Part shown: piece by piece, positions 14,132 to 31,350 of the stretch | How the letters are laid out: each line of letters begins with the position of its first letter | Position numbering within the stretch: the first letter of the stretch is position 1 | DNA from: the human T2T-CHM13v2.0 reference genome, Homo sapiens | Assembly: GCF_009914755.1 (NCBI RefSeq) | Contig: NC_060929.1 | Length of the DNA stretch: 64,000 nucleotides | Reading direction: 5' to 3' (one strand) | The notes under the pieces: model-generated | The model's database searches: none | Seen by the model: only the letters and a program-made list of their open reading frames with translations | Told to the model about the DNA's origin: nothing | Translations under genes and position numbers: made by a program

Positions 14132-16679
14132 GATATATCAATTTTAATAGACATTTCTTTCATTCAAAGAAGGCATTGGCTTCAAATTATTATGAACCCT
14201 CAGGAAGTGCAGAATGAAGTTAAGTTTTGCAATGAGCTTACATAAGCTCCAAATCCTATTTTTGACAAGTTTCAGGGAGGTAGGAATGAGAATCTGCCTA
14301 CCCAATCCTGATAACTCAAAGAAGTTTTAACACCTGTGAGCTTACATCCTGACAGGTGAAGGCTTGTTCTAGTTTAATTTTCATCTAGCTTATTGACTCA
14401 ACTCCCAACCTGGAGAGAGATAACTGATCTAATCTTTTCATTAGCTGGTTCACACAACTCAAAAGCATTATGGGTGATGACTTGCTAAAGATTTTTGTAC
14501 ACACCATTTACCTAGTAATTCAAAGTATCCCAATCCACTTTTAAATAACACCACAGAGGACATTTGTTTTGGTTTCTTTCCACAAGACTGGAGACAGTCC
14601 AGTCAGTCAACCATTTCTAATGCACAGGAGTAAAGGCAGTGGGGAGAAGAGCCAAATGTTAGGAGAAAAGGAGCTATGTTTTTTTCCCTGGGATTATACA
14701 TATTGTCAATGATGATGACAGTGCACATCACTAAGAGGGAAAAGGGGTGGCTGACAGCCATACTCCTTTCCCCTTTATAATCTTCCAAAATCTCTGACAG
14801 TGAGTAGTAAATGTGAAAGTGGATCATGTTAAGTTTCAAGATTTACTGACAGGTCATGACTGACTTAAAGGTTGTCATCCAAATCTTCCCAGGTCGTTGG
14901 AGGACTCATGGTTCTCTCTTGTTCATGGGTTTTGAAACTGACGTCAATCTTGTCTCAAAAAGTAATGAGGATGGGTTTGGACATACAAAACCAGTCACTG
15001 CCTCAGTTCCAGGCAAGAGGGAAATTATAACCTGCCTCTAGTTTTCTGTTGGAAGCAGAGAAGCCAAGGTTTGGTTTCTGTCGCCCTGAGGCAAGGCACT
15101 AATGTTTGAATCCTTCTAAAAATCTGACAACTTTTTCTCCCTGGAAGATATTGACTGAAAAAGAATTTCTAAGCTCAGAGACTTCACAAACCCCATCTGG
15201 ACTATAAAAATTTCTACTCAGATGTATAGAGATATTTTTTTCCATATATTCCTACTCCTACCTCCTCTTGTTTTTTATTTATTTGTCCAAGAAGCCAGAA
15301 AGCTGACCTAATGCAAACCTTATGGCAGGACTCCCAGTGAACACAGAACAAAAGGTTAACAGAGAAGCAGCAGCCTTCTTTTTCATAGGTGTGTGGGGAA
15401 CACAGCCAGTGGACTTCGCTTCTACAGATTCCGAGTTACATTTGGTTCTTGAATAGCAGGGGGCATGAGGGTAGTGCCAAAACAGAGATCTTGAACTGAG
15501 ATGAGTTGGATGGGGAGGGTACATGGAATCTCATGGATTACTGAATCCTGTGAGAAAAAGTTTTGACACACGTTTAATGCTCAACTAGCATTGGATCTAG
15601 TAGCTGTGCTTAAAAAAATTAGAAGCACTGAAGGGAACTGACTCAGCACTAATTAATAAAACATGATGTCATCAAAATAACTCAGTGTATGCTGGTAAGC
15701 CTGTGCGCACTGTGTCCAGCAAAAGCCAAATACCTAATGCTAAGGGGAGTGTGATTATGGAACAAATGTCTTTATAACAAATATGTATGGCAAATAACTA
15801 ACTGCAAAAAGCATTTATAAGCTAAAGTCAAATTCTTACTAGCGCATGGTTGATGCTAAATGATGTGCAGCTGTTTGAATAGAACCAAGGGATTTCTAAT
15901 ATTTGCTGCATCATATAATTGAGAGGAGGATGATCCTTCTTCCTCCTTCCTCACCACTACACAGCTCCCATCTTTCAGACCTCAGTTCAAATTCTTTTTT
16001 CATGAGGAAGTCTTTCCTGATCTTCCCTTACCTGATCAGGCGCCCCATTATAGCAATGTAGGCACTTCCTTCACTGCTCTTATTTCCATTTATAATTATA
16101 TATTACTTCTAAAGGAATTTGTTTAACCTCTGTCTTCACATTAGAATGTGGTCACTGCGAGGGCAAGGCACATATTTGGTAAGGACTCAATAAATATCTG
16201 CTGAAATAATAATATAAAATCACATTTTGTAGATGGTCTTTTGAAAGTAGCATCCTGAATTCCAGTGTAGATAAGACCATTTATACAGTTTCTTAAGTGT
16301 TGAGGACATGAGGTTTGGAATCAGCTTTGAATGCTAGCTCCTCTGCTGATTAGCTATGTGAGCTTGGGCATGTTCCATTGCTTAGTTGAGCCTTCGTTTC
16401 TTCATCTTTCAAATGAAGTTCTATGACCTAATCTTAAAATGAGCAATGGTATTTGTAGGGATGTTTTAAGACTGAGAAAAAAATCATATTCTTTTTGGTG
16501 AGATAAGATAGTTATGGAGCCTACCCTCATGTCTGACATACATGGGGGTAGGTGTTAGATGTTTTGTTAGACGTGTAACAAAAGGTACCCATTGCTATGG
16601 ATACTTGCAACTTTAAACTTCTCTACCTGAGAGAGAATATATAAATTCATTGATTTATATAGGCAGATAAGACTAATTC

Positions 16680-16976
16680 TTTTTTTTTTTTTTTGACCGA
16701 GTCTCGCTCTGTTGCCCAGGCTGGAGTGCAGTGGAGCAATCTTGGCTCACTGCAAGCTCCGCCTCCTGGGTTCATGCCATTCTCCTGCCTCAGCCTCCTG
16801 AGTAGCTGGGACTACAGGCGCCCACCACCACACCCGGCTAATTTTTTTTTGTATTTTTAGTAGAGATGGGGTTTCACCATGTTGGCCAGGATGGTCTCGA
16901 TCTCCTGACCTCGTGATCTGCCCGCCTCGGCCTCACAAAGTGCTGGGATTACAGGCGTGAGCCACCATGCCCAGCT
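16680..16976 (-). mobile_element. Alu (AluSc/AluY-like)
   Basis: Full-length Alu with poly-T tail; TSD gactaattcttt at 16671-16682 and 16977-16988. Confidence 0.93.
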
Positions 16977-17184
16977 GACTAATTCTTTATATTTTCTCTC
17001 TAGCTTCTCACAGTGGATGTTGTAGTTAAATCAATCCCATCCATTGTGACAATAGTTGAGACTGACCCCCTGTTTAGGTGTAGGCCTGATTGTTTTAAGT
17101 CAGTCTTGGTACCTCCCCTCCCTTGCCAAAGATTGGTTCAGGAATGGGAAGGACTACATCAATTGAGCCAATGAAATGAAAAGA

Positions 17185-19145
<1,961 letters not shown>

Positions 19146-19458
19146 AGAAATGAAAGGAAAGTTTTCTTGAAGCCTTTGTATAAAAATAAATCTCCATCTC
19201 TCTTAGATATGAATGGAGAAACATGAAGCCTTGTTGCTACTGGAAGCCACCTTATCTCAGAACAAGAAATCATTACCAAGATTTCTGGCTGGCTTGCTTG
19301 TTTCTCTCTCTCTCTTTCTTCCCATGCCTATGCATGATTTTTCATAGGCCAGATACATTAAAGATGAGTGGAAAATCAGAAAAGCCTCATTATCACAAAC
19401 TCAAAATTGCAATCATTTCAGTTAAAATTCAACCTAGGACGATGGCATGGTTTCTTTC

Positions 19459-19515
19459 GTGTACACACACATGCACACGCACGCGCACGCGCGCACACAC
19501 ACACACACACACACA
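19459..19515. repeat. (CA)n/(CG)n alternating purine-pyrimidine microsatellite
   Basis: gtgtacacacacatgcacacgcacgcgcacgcgcgcacacacacacacacacacaca. Confidence 0.9.
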
Positions 19516-19525
19516 GATTTTTTAA

Positions 19526-19875
<350 letters not shown>

Positions 19876-20494
19876 GTTATCCTAAAGCAATTTTAACAAA
19901 AATGCCCTCATGTAAGTCCCCTAGGTTTTGTCTAACTGCTTTCATATCTTTGATCTCCTTGCCATCTACACCATTAGAATATATTTGACATACCAGGCAT
20001 GGACTTCCTCATCTCATGGATAATAAAACTAAAGGTCCTGAGAAATATTTTTCCACAAAGTTGCAGAGCTTTTCAGAGACTTAGCTAGGCTGAGTAACCC
20101 TGGCTTCTTGAATTCAAATTGGATTCTATGGCTGCCAATAATAGAACTGAAGAAAGATATTTTAAAACAGCTTCACACGCAATCTGTGATTCAAATGTGC
20201 AACTCAGATAGAGAAATCTAGATTTATATTCCAGCTTTATTTAGTCCTAGTTCTACCACTAACTTGGTTATGTGACCCTGAGCAAGTCACTGAAATTTCT
20301 GGGTTTCAATTTCTGTACGTAAAAGTGAAAGAGTATCTTCAGGTAGGTTTCCTGTTCTTAAACCTGTGTTAGGCACTGCTAATTGACCAGCTGGTCTCAG
20401 ACTCAACTACAGAATCCTCAGTGTAGTTCTCAAGGCAGCAACCAAGAGATATTCTGAGTTGGTACTTCAGGTATAACTCATTTACATTTCCTAG

Positions 20495-20670
20495 GATGGA
20501 TCTTTGCTATTTAATTTAGTCCACAGATCAGCTGCTTTGGCATCTCTGGGAAGTTTTTTAAAAATGCAGAATCTCAAGCCTTACCCTAGACCTACTGAAT
20601 AAGAATCTGCATTTTCATAAGATCCCTAGGTCATTTTTATGCATGTTAAAGATGAAGAAGCACGGGGCTA
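20495..20670. mobile_element. MER5-like hAT MITE
   Basis: aaatgcagaatctcaagccttaccctagacctactgaataagaatctgcattttcataagatccctaggt. Confidence 0.7.
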
Positions 20671-20835
20671 GATAATATCTTAGATCCCTTAAAGTTATAA
20701 AAGTCAATGACTATAGGATTTATAAAACAGGTGTTACAGGGAAGAATTTTCCAAGAACCTTGGTTACCTCTCCAAGTCTGCTAAATGGTCTTCATCTATT
20801 TGGTAAAGGGTAGAAGAGTTAATCAGTAATGTTTT

Positions 20836-20860
20836 GTGTGTGTGTGTGTGTGTGTGTGTG
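20836..20860. repeat. (TG)n microsatellite
   Basis: ~12-13 uninterrupted TG units. Confidence 0.9.
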
Positions 20861-23800
20861 CTCCCCTTTCAGAATGCTAAATCAATCTCAACCAAGGTAC
20901 TGACTAAACCCTCAGGGGAGTCTAAGATGTAGAGGGAACTATGAATTCACCTCACCCAGGGATGCCTTGTGCAGCTGCAGTCTGATGGCTTCTGTGCATT
21001 TGGCCAATTACACAGTGAATTACCCCAGTGAGTATTCGTCAAATGCACCATCCGCTCTCACTCCTCAACTCCCTTGTTAGAATTCTTGTTAATTTGACAC
21101 AGCCTTGTCAAATATCTCTCTCTTTCATTCTAACACCAAATTACCCTTAGCTCTGAGATCTGAAGATGACGGCAGACAGTGAAAGTTGCTAACTTTATAA
21201 AACATAAGCTGCAAGTTGAGTTGGGAAATTAAGAAAATTATAAATTTAGAAAGGTAAGAAGGAAGGTCAACCCCAGCTGATAATCTGATGCTTTGCCAAA
21301 GAATAAAATCTCAGCTAGATTCTGGGTCAAATATTGAAAACTCTCAAAACAAAACAAAAAATACCTGGATTCAAATCCCAGGTTTGCCACTAACTAGCTG
21401 TGTGAATGAATACGTTACTTTTCTCTGGGCCTCAACTTTTTCACGTTAGTAAAATTAGAGCACATCAGTAAAACTGAGAATATATCACCTAGTGAACCAG
21501 CAAGATTTAAAGTTTTGTGAGCATCGAGTCGTTTTGGAAATTTGCCGAAATTTGTATTATTAGGCAAACAGAAATTCTGATTCAGCAAATCCAGGGATGA
21601 GGGACTTTACATTCTTAGATTGTTGATTCTGATGTTACAGTCTGAGAATGAACCTCTCTATAAAGTGCTGTTATGGGGCAGTGGACGATAAGAGATAACT
21701 CAACCAGAGCAGCTCCTGGCTTTATGTAAGCTCTTGGTAAACACTAGCTTCTGAAAGACATCATTAGCAGTCCAGATAGTGGAAGTGGCTTGCTCGATTT
21801 TACACTGTGGGTAGGAGAAGGGATAGAACCTTTTCTACTGCACCGGAATGGTTTCCTTTGTGCTAGCATTTCTCAGATCAGCTTTGTTGGAACAATGCCA
21901 GGGACTGAGGAAGGATGCAGGTCAAGCTGTTATGTCCTGTGAAGTCAAGGAATGAGAAGCAGTGCTGCAGAATGAGCCCGCGATACTGGAGGCCTGGAAT
22001 AGAGTCTCGTGTTTGTTATATAACTGCTCTGTGACCTTAGACTAGTAACTCCCTCCTCTAGGTATCAGTCTTTTCATTTACAAAATGATAGAATCCTTTA
22101 AACCTCTTTCCAGGGTTAAATTACTGTAATTCTATGGTAGACACATACATTCTGGTTGGACTGAGCAGCTCTTTGCGCCCCTCCCCACTACGTTTTTTTC
22201 AGATGGAATGTACCTTTTACTGTGTGAATCTTTTCCTCAACATGCATCTGAAGAAAACACCTCCGTCCTCTGAAACTCAGCAGCATGTATTATCTGTACC
22301 ATAGACTATTCATTCTGATTAATGATTCAAAAAACACCACCACCGAGACAGTGGACTGACTGCCGTTAGACTGAGAGAGCCAATGCTACTGAATTTAGAA
22401 ATAGATCTTAGGAAAATGGGAAAAGTCAGAGTTCTGCCCTTGTGATCACTTTCCTGGTAGATATCAACTTCAAAGTTACCACCTTCCAAATGGCAGCTGC
22501 TGTTCCAAGCACTTCCCCTGTGCTTCTTCATGTGATCCTTAAGACATGTTTCCAGGGTGGGACTGTAAGCCCCATTTTACAAATGAGGGAACTGGTGCTC
22601 TGAGCGCTTTCCTATCCTCACATAGTGATTAAGGGACAGTCTTGGGGCTTGGATTCTGGGCTTTCTCCAATCTATAATCGAGTAGGTTTGATTATGTTCA
22701 GGACTGCCCGTGCTCTTAACTGTTGGCTTGGTCTCCAAGAGCATTAGTTTAATAAATATTTGCTGATCAACACATTGGTGATGTGCCTCCCAAACTTTGT
22801 GAGAAAAGTTTCGTGTTATACTGCAGCTGGCTGCATCAGGGTAGCAATGTGAAGCTGAAAGGCTCTCACGGGAATGCAGCCCATGTCTGTGGCTTCAGAG
22901 ACCAACATTTTCCACTAAACAACTGAAGTCAACAATCCTGGATCACGGGCTAAGGAAATCTGAAATCCTCTGTCACATGTGAGGACTCACTATTACAGTG
23001 TGCTTTCAAGGTGGCAGCTGGGGTTAGCAGGCTTGCCCTCTCATGACTCATAGATGCTTAACCTGAACCCTCTTTAGGGAGCCACAGTAGGTACCCTCTG
23101 ACTCAAGGCAGCATGCCTGCTTTAGTGCCCTTGAAACCGGTCCAACTTCCAGAAATTTTCTGCAGTAGAAGCTAGCAGAAGTGTTGAGAGGCAAAGAGAC
23201 AGCTTGTTTATTGCTGAGGGAGATTTCAGGATTATGTCAGGTCCATTTTTGTTATGTCTCCCTAGGTGCCCTTTGCCAAAACTAAGTAAGCATCAAGTAA
23301 TCCTGCAAACCTCTTCTCAGCAGAGGCCATAAAAAGTTCCTAATTTCTATAGGAGCACAAGACTTGCTGGAGGTATTGTACTTGTTTTATTTTGACAAAA
23401 TAATTGAATATAATAATAAAATGGTAATAAAAAATTAATGCCAGCCCTTGATTCCCAAAGCTGTTCATGGAAAACAGTTTCTCTCTCTCTCTTTCTCTCT
23501 CCCCCCTCTTTCTGCCATCTCCCTTCCTTCCTCCCTTTGTTCTTTCCCTCCCTCCTTCCTTCCTTCCTTTTCTTTCAATAAATAGTCCATAATCTTTCCA
23601 GAATTTTCCCAGTGAGAACTACTTTCATGATACCAGAATTTCCTAGGATCTGCTATCGATATATTGACTGATAAAAAAGGAAAGAACGAAATAAATTAAA
23701 TGTTAATAATATATGTAAGTCTCATACTAACTTTGGGGGGCTTTAAAAAGGTAATCTTTGTCTTAAGATTGAAAACTATGGCACATTTTTCCTTAAAGGC

Positions 23801-25429
23801 TATGTTAATAATCCACTAGAGGTGGATTTGGCTTCTGGTAGTGATCTAGTAATATGGTAGAAGTATGTTAGTATTGTTGTGTTTCAAATTCTAGAATAAA
23901 AATTGAGCATAAAAATAGGCAAAATATTACTGCATGCTTTGAAAAAACCACATGGCATTACATATAAACTTTTAAGTGATTTATTATATTTGGTTTAGTG
24001 CTGAGCTAGGTATTCTGACAGAATAAATATGTTTACAAAATTTAACTTATTGATTGTGATTCTTATGCTTGGAAGAAACCCAATTGAAAGAAAATTAGTC
24101 ATAGTTAAGTCTTTCACTCTTTGCAGGGCAGGAGATGTCCAGGTTCACTGAATCAGGTGCGATTTAGAGAGAAACTGACTGCATTAATAAAATACATGGC
24201 AGGAAGATTCAAGGGCTTTGGTCCTGGGAGCATGTTTCATCAATGACTTCCTAGGTGTCTTTTTTCATTTTCTCATCTATAAAATGGGGATTATATCTAC
24301 CTTCTGTATATCTAGTGATTATTGAGATAAATGAAAATGATATCAGGACCCATTATTATTATAATCTAATGTGCCTGACTGCTTGGTTATTTATTACTTT
24401 ACAACTTAGAAAATATATAATTTGCATTCTAATTTATCCAGTGTAAGAAGCATCTTTTTATGGATTTTTAAATTATTATTTGTTATAGATACATAGTAAT
24501 TATACATATTTATGGTGTACATGTGATATCTTGGTACATACAATGTGTAATTATCAAGTCAGAGAAATCAACCACCTCAAACATGTATCATTTCCTTGTG
24601 TCAAGAACATTTTAGGTCTTCTTGCTATTTTGAAATATACGATAAATCTTTATAGATGCATCATTTTTAGGACAGAAATCACATCCGAAGCACATTAAAT
24701 TGTTGCTAACACGAGGAATTATTTTATAATATTTCTTTCCATAGACATTTTTCATATTTCCAAAGGGAAACTTGTTAAAGCGAATAGGTTTTAAATAACA
24801 GTAAGATGTATACTCTTTGTAAGTGTATATAAATTGTACATTAATTACCACTCATTTGTAGTAGAAATAAATGAAAGTAGGTTTAACTGAAAGGAGGTAA
24901 TGAGACTGATGAAATGCAGACAAGGAAACAATGAGTATCTTAGAGCTATGTAATTTTGAGGTTACTGGATGAGATCTTGATGATCACATCCTTATTTTTT
25001 GACAGAGGTTGACATTTCTGATATCACATATATGGCTCCTCAGAGTTGAGACCTGAAGCCTGAGACTCCTGAACCTCAGTCTGCTGCAGTGAGGTAGATA
25101 ATTAATTTGTCTTCGTGAAGACCCATATCTGCAGAGCCATGAGCAACACTGCTATAGGTACATCCAAGATTGGAAAAAAAAAATATTAGAGGTGACTTTG
25201 TCTAAATGTGTCACTGGAATCTTGACTCTCTGGTGATAGCATTGCAAGAAAGGCGGTCAGCATGGGTTTGCCTACACCCAAGGCAGGGCAGTTACTGTTC
25301 AGGCTTAACTATTCTTTCTTTTTGTTTATTTTTACTTTCCTTCCTCCTTTACTTCTTTCCCCTTTTTCTCTTCCTTGTCTTTTTTCCTTTCTTTCTTTGT
25401 TTCTCCCTCTTATTTATTCATTCATTCTT

Positions 25430-25713
25430 TCTTTCTTTTTTGACATAGAGTCTCACTCTGTTGCCCAGGCTGGAGTGCAGTGGTGCAATCTTGGCTCACA
25501 GAAAACCACCTCCATCTCCTGGGTTCAAGCGATTCTCCTGCCTCAGCCTCCTGAGTAGCTGGGATTACAGGTGCCTGCCATTATGCCTGGCTAATTTTTG
25601 TATTTTTAGCAAAGACAGTGTTTCACCACGTTGTCCAGGCTAGTCTTGAACTCCTAACTTCAGGTGATCCACCTGCCTCGGGCTCCCAAAGTGCTGGGAT
25701 TACAGCTGTGAGC
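25430..25713 (-). mobile_element. Alu (AluS-like) with expanded pyrimidine-rich tail (~25310-25440)
   Basis: Alu body gagtctcactctgttgcccaggctggagtgcagtgg...cccaaagtgctgggattacag. Confidence 0.9.
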
Positions 25714-26269
25714 CCTTTCATTCTTACTTGACAGCGATAATCATTAGAAATCACTAGAAACGTTTAATGTGCTATTTACATGGGGTTGTAATTATCTTGT
25801 GTTACTCCAGTTAAAGGCTATATAAATTGGAAAAAGTAGGAATTTTATTTGTGTGTAGTTTGCATGTGTGTGGCAGGTGTGTGTGTGTGCGTGAGAGAGA
25901 AAAAAAATGACAACGTAATGAAAAGATCATACTGGCAAGAATATGCACACAGACACACACTCACACGCTTATGTATTTTAAAAGTGATATATACTAGTTG
26001 TAACAATTACTCAATATGAGTACAGTGTATGTTATTTGGGTGATGGATAACCCAAAAGCCCTGGCTCGACCATTATTAAATGTATGCATGTAGCAAAATT
26101 GCATCTGTGCCCCATAAATTTATACAAATGAAACAAAAACAAAAACAAACACTTTAGAAAGATATAAAGAGAAAAGCAGAAGTGCCCCTACCATCCCGTC
26201 CCACTCTCCAAATGTAACCACTGGGGAAAAGGTTCTAAAATAAGTGAATGATGCTTGTGTTACTCATTT

Positions 26270-29200
26270 TACTTCTGGAAAAATATAAAGTTGATCATTC
26301 TTGCACTAACAATAACTCATCGTTCAAGATGCATTAAATGCAAAACATGAAACAATAAATTAACTATTTTAAAAGTCTCAGAAAAATTTAGAAGAGCATA
26401 TGCTTAACCTAGCATTCCAAGAGGAATTCAGCTATTCCAGAAAACATACAGAGTATAATAGAATAAGTACATGGACAATTTAAAAATTAAAAACTTGTCA
26501 TAGCATGAATGAGAGTTTGGGGAAAAATATCTGAAATACACATATTAATAAATGTTAATATTTTATTATACCTAGAACTCTTGAAACTGAAAACAAAAAA
26601 AGCCCTTAATAAAAATGGGTAAGAATAAGAATAGGCAATTCACAGGGAAGCCAATTCAAACTGTGTATGAATGTATGAAAAAATGCTTAATATTTTAAGA
26701 AATATGATAAATACAAGTTAAAATAACAAGATTATACCCATTATAAACTGCAAAGGGAGAGCAACAATCAGTGCTGCTGAAGGGAAAGTGAGAAAGAAGT
26801 TCTTATAGATGCATAAATCGTTATATATATGAAAAACTTGCAAAGTACTGCTGGTGTTTTTTTTCTCAGGAAGATTGGGATTCAGAGAGTTTTACTTTCT
26901 TATATTTTTGACTATTATGTAAATGAAAGTAACCATGTGCTTTAAAAATGTAATTAGAAAGAAAACAATATGGTCACTGTGAAAGGAAAAGATTTATCTG
27001 ATAAGATTGGTAAGAGAGAGAGAAAATATATATAGAAATTAAATATTTTTGCAAGGTTAAGAATACTATCATTCTTTTATAGAGTCTGAATTTTCTGCCG
27101 TGTTTCATCTAATCCATGTTTATTCAAACATTTATACATGATTTTTTGCCTTTTATGTATTTCTGCCTATTTTTAGAAAAATATTTCAATCTTTGACTTA
27201 TCTAAAATTTAATTTGGAGAAAGGGGTAGGTTAGATATATGGTATTATATTTAAATACTCCCAAATCATTGCTCACTGTTTATTGAATAATTCACAGATT
27301 TCCAATGATATGAAATTATACTTTTATTAAGAACTTAAATTTGTTATGCTCTAAGTTAATTTATGTTTCCTTTACATAGAGAACACTGGGCCAGTGCTAT
27401 ATTGCATTCACTGCTGTGATTTTATCAGTCACTTAAACTTCCAGTACAAAAATTCTTCTCTAAAATTTTTCACTTTCTGGATTCCTCACTTACATACTTT
27501 TCTTTCAAATAAACTTTAGAGTTATTGGGTCAAATTTCTACAATAAACCACCAAAGAAATAAAATCAAAAATAAAACCCATTGGTTTCCAATGACATTAC
27601 ACAAAGCTCATAGAATACTTTAGAAAAAACTGATCGCTTATAAATTTTACCTTTAAAAAATACTTTAAAAAAACACAAAGTTTTCTTTTATTAAAATCTT
27701 ATTACTGTGAAAAGGGCTCTTTTCTTCCCTTCCATTACATTTTTGTTATTGTTTATATATTTTCTATATAGGAAAAAAGCTGTGGGAACTTCCCAAACTT
27801 CTCATATTGTTTCTAAGTCTTTTGCAGTTCATTCCCTTAAATTTTGTTTGAATAAATTGTCGTTGTTCCTGTTTAAGAGTAAAATTATTTCTTATCCTTT
27901 TCCAATATTCCTTACTTTCCCTAATGTAATTTTATTAGCTGTTTTTTTTTTTTTTAAATAAACAATAGTGGTGATGGCGGGCATCCATTTCTTGTTCTAG
28001 CCTGAACTGTTCCATCCTAAGCCAAGAGGCAAGAGTCAGAGTTTTTCATAAGACAGGTAGATAAAGAGAAATAAACACAGAGACCCAGGCAAGGAAGCAT
28101 TCTTCACTTTCTAATTTCCTAAGAGATTTTAAATTTATAACCAAGAATGAATATTAAATTTTTGTTAATTTTTCTTAATGTCCTTTTTGGTATCTATGGA
28201 AAGGCTATAATATAAAAATATATTATATATATTTTATATATTTATTTTATATATATATAAAGTTTTTCACCCTTTCAACTCATCTATATGGAAAATGTTA
28301 CCCTTATAATTTGAAATAGCACTCTGTGGTTATGAGGTAGTTTGCTTTCTGTATTTTCCTGATTTCAGTTGAAAAATCAATTTCAAAAAAATTTTCCCCA
28401 CTAATGTTCACCAGTTAAGTGGGTCCATTGTTTCTTTCACATGCTTTTGTTTTTTGAAATATAGTGTTGGTACCTTATTTACGTTATGTGACCATCTAAA
28501 TCATTTGGAAGTTTTTCCTTCTCTTTGTTATTATTTACAAGAGTTTAAATACCACTAGAGGTATTTGAATTTTCATGTCTGATAGAATTCATTGTTGAAA
28601 TCTTATGGGCTAGATGCTCTTTTTGAGTGGGAGTTATATTTTTCTGTCAATTTTGTTAAGTTCATCTTTAGTTAATTGGTCGTTTTTCTTTTCTATTTCA
28701 TCTAGGCTAATTTTTTTTCTAATTCATATTTTCTAAGGACATGATGAATTATATATCCACATTTTCTAAGATCTTTGCATAGTTTTCTTTTAATTTCCCC
28801 TTAATGTTTAATTGTTATGCTTTTAAAAATTACTGCTTTGGTATATTCATATTGTCTTCCTCTTTGTTTCCTTAATAGCCTTTTCCTTTATCGATTATGT
28901 CTTTATTTTACTTGTGGGTTATTTTGATTTTCTAATTTGTTAATTTATAATTGATCTTGATTATTCCTTCTGCTTTATTTAGGTATTTTGTTGCTGAACT
29001 TTTTCTAACTTCTTAAATTGTATGTTTAATTCAGTTTTTAAAATTACTTGCTAGAAAGATGTTTTAAGCTATGGCCATCTCACTGTTAACTAATTTAACC
29101 ACACAACTGAGGATTAATTATGTAGTATTTAAAATTAGTATTATTTTCTAAATGTTCTTCAATTTAATTTTTATTGTATCTTTGACACACGTGACTTGTA

Positions 29201-30600
29201 CATAAAAGAGTTTATACAAATAGTAAAATTTATAATTATACCACTTAATGTTTCTGTCATTTCCTCCTTTGATTTCCTATCACTTCAATTTATTTGGATG
29301 CTCTTTTGATTTAAATTATATGATTCATAATGATTATATCTTTATTTGGGATAGTAATTATGATTATAAAACTATCTCTTGGTTGTGATACTTTTATCTT
29401 AAATTCATCTTTATATAGTAATAATGATCAATTCTCAGCTTTCTTCAGATTTGTAATTGCCTCATTTGTTTTTTCCCATGACTTTATTTAGAACATTTTC
29501 TAATACCTTTACTTTAGAAATATCTCTATTATAAAGCATTTTGTTGGATTGGTTGCTAGATTCAATCTGAAAATCTTATTCTTTTCATAGATGAGTTGAT
29601 ATATGCTCTACACAGAGAAGCTTGGCCTTAATTTTGTCATCTGAATTTATGCTCTAAATTAGCTTTCCAGTCATCTTTATCTCTATTTCTGACATCAAGA
29701 TTTAGCTACATCATCTGTATCTTTCTTCATTTCCTTCAGGTTATGAAGGGTTTTTGCAAGATTTATCAGTTTTTACATCTTCTACTATAATGGTCCTCAG
29801 GCTGTCATGCTGTAGTGTATACCACAAAAACGTGGGACATAGAAAAATGTAGATTACTAAGCTTTCCCCACTAAAGATTTTGATCTATATTTTCTCAGGT
29901 AGAATCTACTTTTAAGCAGATGTCCCAAGTGACTCTAGGTTGGCAATCTATGATAGATCCCTTGAGAAACACTGTCATAATGGTGATCTATGTTATCTAT
30001 GCTAATTTTATTATTAATCTTTAACTTCTGGATTCATAAACTCTAAAAATAAAAGAGTAAATACTAAGTTCCTGTTATAAATTAGCAAATGAACATCTCC
30101 TCTCTCCTCAAAAATACCACTGCATAATTTTAGTTTACATCATAAGATTATTCTGCTGTTTCGCTGTTCTTACACATATTTATTATCCAGCTTTTTAAAA
30201 TATTTCAATTCCGTTTTATTTGGAAACCTTAACTCCTGGACATGTATAGCTTTAGTTCTACGTGTTATCTTTAGTTCTAAATGCCAGTACACTGGTCTTT
30301 CCTGTTCCAAAGTTCCTAACTTTGACGACATTTTACCAGAGGCTAGATTGTTATATTACAATATTATTTCCCACAAATAAGGACTCACAGAAGCTATTCC
30401 TTAATACCTTGCAAATTGAGGATAAAGTATCTTTCATTTGTCATTATGTATCAATAGTAATAACTTAGGTTATACTTTCTCCCTCTCAGAAACTTATAAG
30501 AACTTTTCCATTGTCTAACGATATTTAATATGCTGTGGAGTATACTGAAACCTAACTTTTTTTTCTCCCTTGTAGGTCATTCACTTTTTCTTAACTGGAA
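26270..30600. mobile_element. Highly decayed ancient L1M fragments (mixed orientation)
   Basis: A-rich L1 ORF2-like segment at ~26300-26800 on +, then T-rich antisense L1-like sequence (e.g. aaacaatagtggtgatggcgggcatccatttcttgttct). Boundaries uncertain. Confidence 0.5.
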
Positions 30601-31049
30601 ATTGAGTAATTTCAGAGGAATATACTAAGTAGTTAAATATGTTGTATAATTTTTAATCTTGGAACCCATTACATCCTTTTAAACTTGTTATACATACCTG
30701 TAAATAAATTAATTAATGTAATTATTTATTAATTTCAAACGGTGCTAATAGGTACAGCAAAATTTTTCCAGGGAACAACCTGGCAATTAGCAGGATTAAT
30801 TACTTTCATTATATATATGTACAAATACAGAATGTACATCATAGCAGTTAAATATGTAGCTTCTGTAGTCATATTTTCTGTTCAACCACTGCTTAGCTAT
30901 CTAACATTAAGAAAGTTAATCATGTTCTCCAGGTCTCAGCTCACTACTCAAAAGAATATAGTAATAAAAATATGGGGTAATAATAAAAACTGACATAATA
31001 TATGTAAATTGTCTAAGCATATAGTAGGTATTCAAGAAAAGTTTATTAT

Positions 31050-31350
31050 GTTATTATTATTATTGTTTTGAGATAGAGTCTCCCTCTTTCACCCAGGCTG
31101 GAGAGCAATGGTGCAATCTTGGCGCGCTGCAACCTCCACCTTCGAGGCTCAAACAATTCTCCTGCCTCTGCCTCCCTTGTAGCTGGGACTACAGGCATGT
31201 GCCACCATACCCAGATAATTTTTGTACTTTTTCTAGAGACAGGATTTTACCATGTTGCCCAGGCTTGTCTTGAACTCCTGGGATCAAGTGATCTGCCTGC
31301 CTCAGTCTCCCAAAGTGCTGGGATCACAAGTGTGAATCACTGTGCCCGGA
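31050..31350 (-). mobile_element. AluJ-like element
   Basis: Diverged Alu with (TTA)n tail and gaactcctgggatcaagtgatctgcctgcc. Confidence 0.88.
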
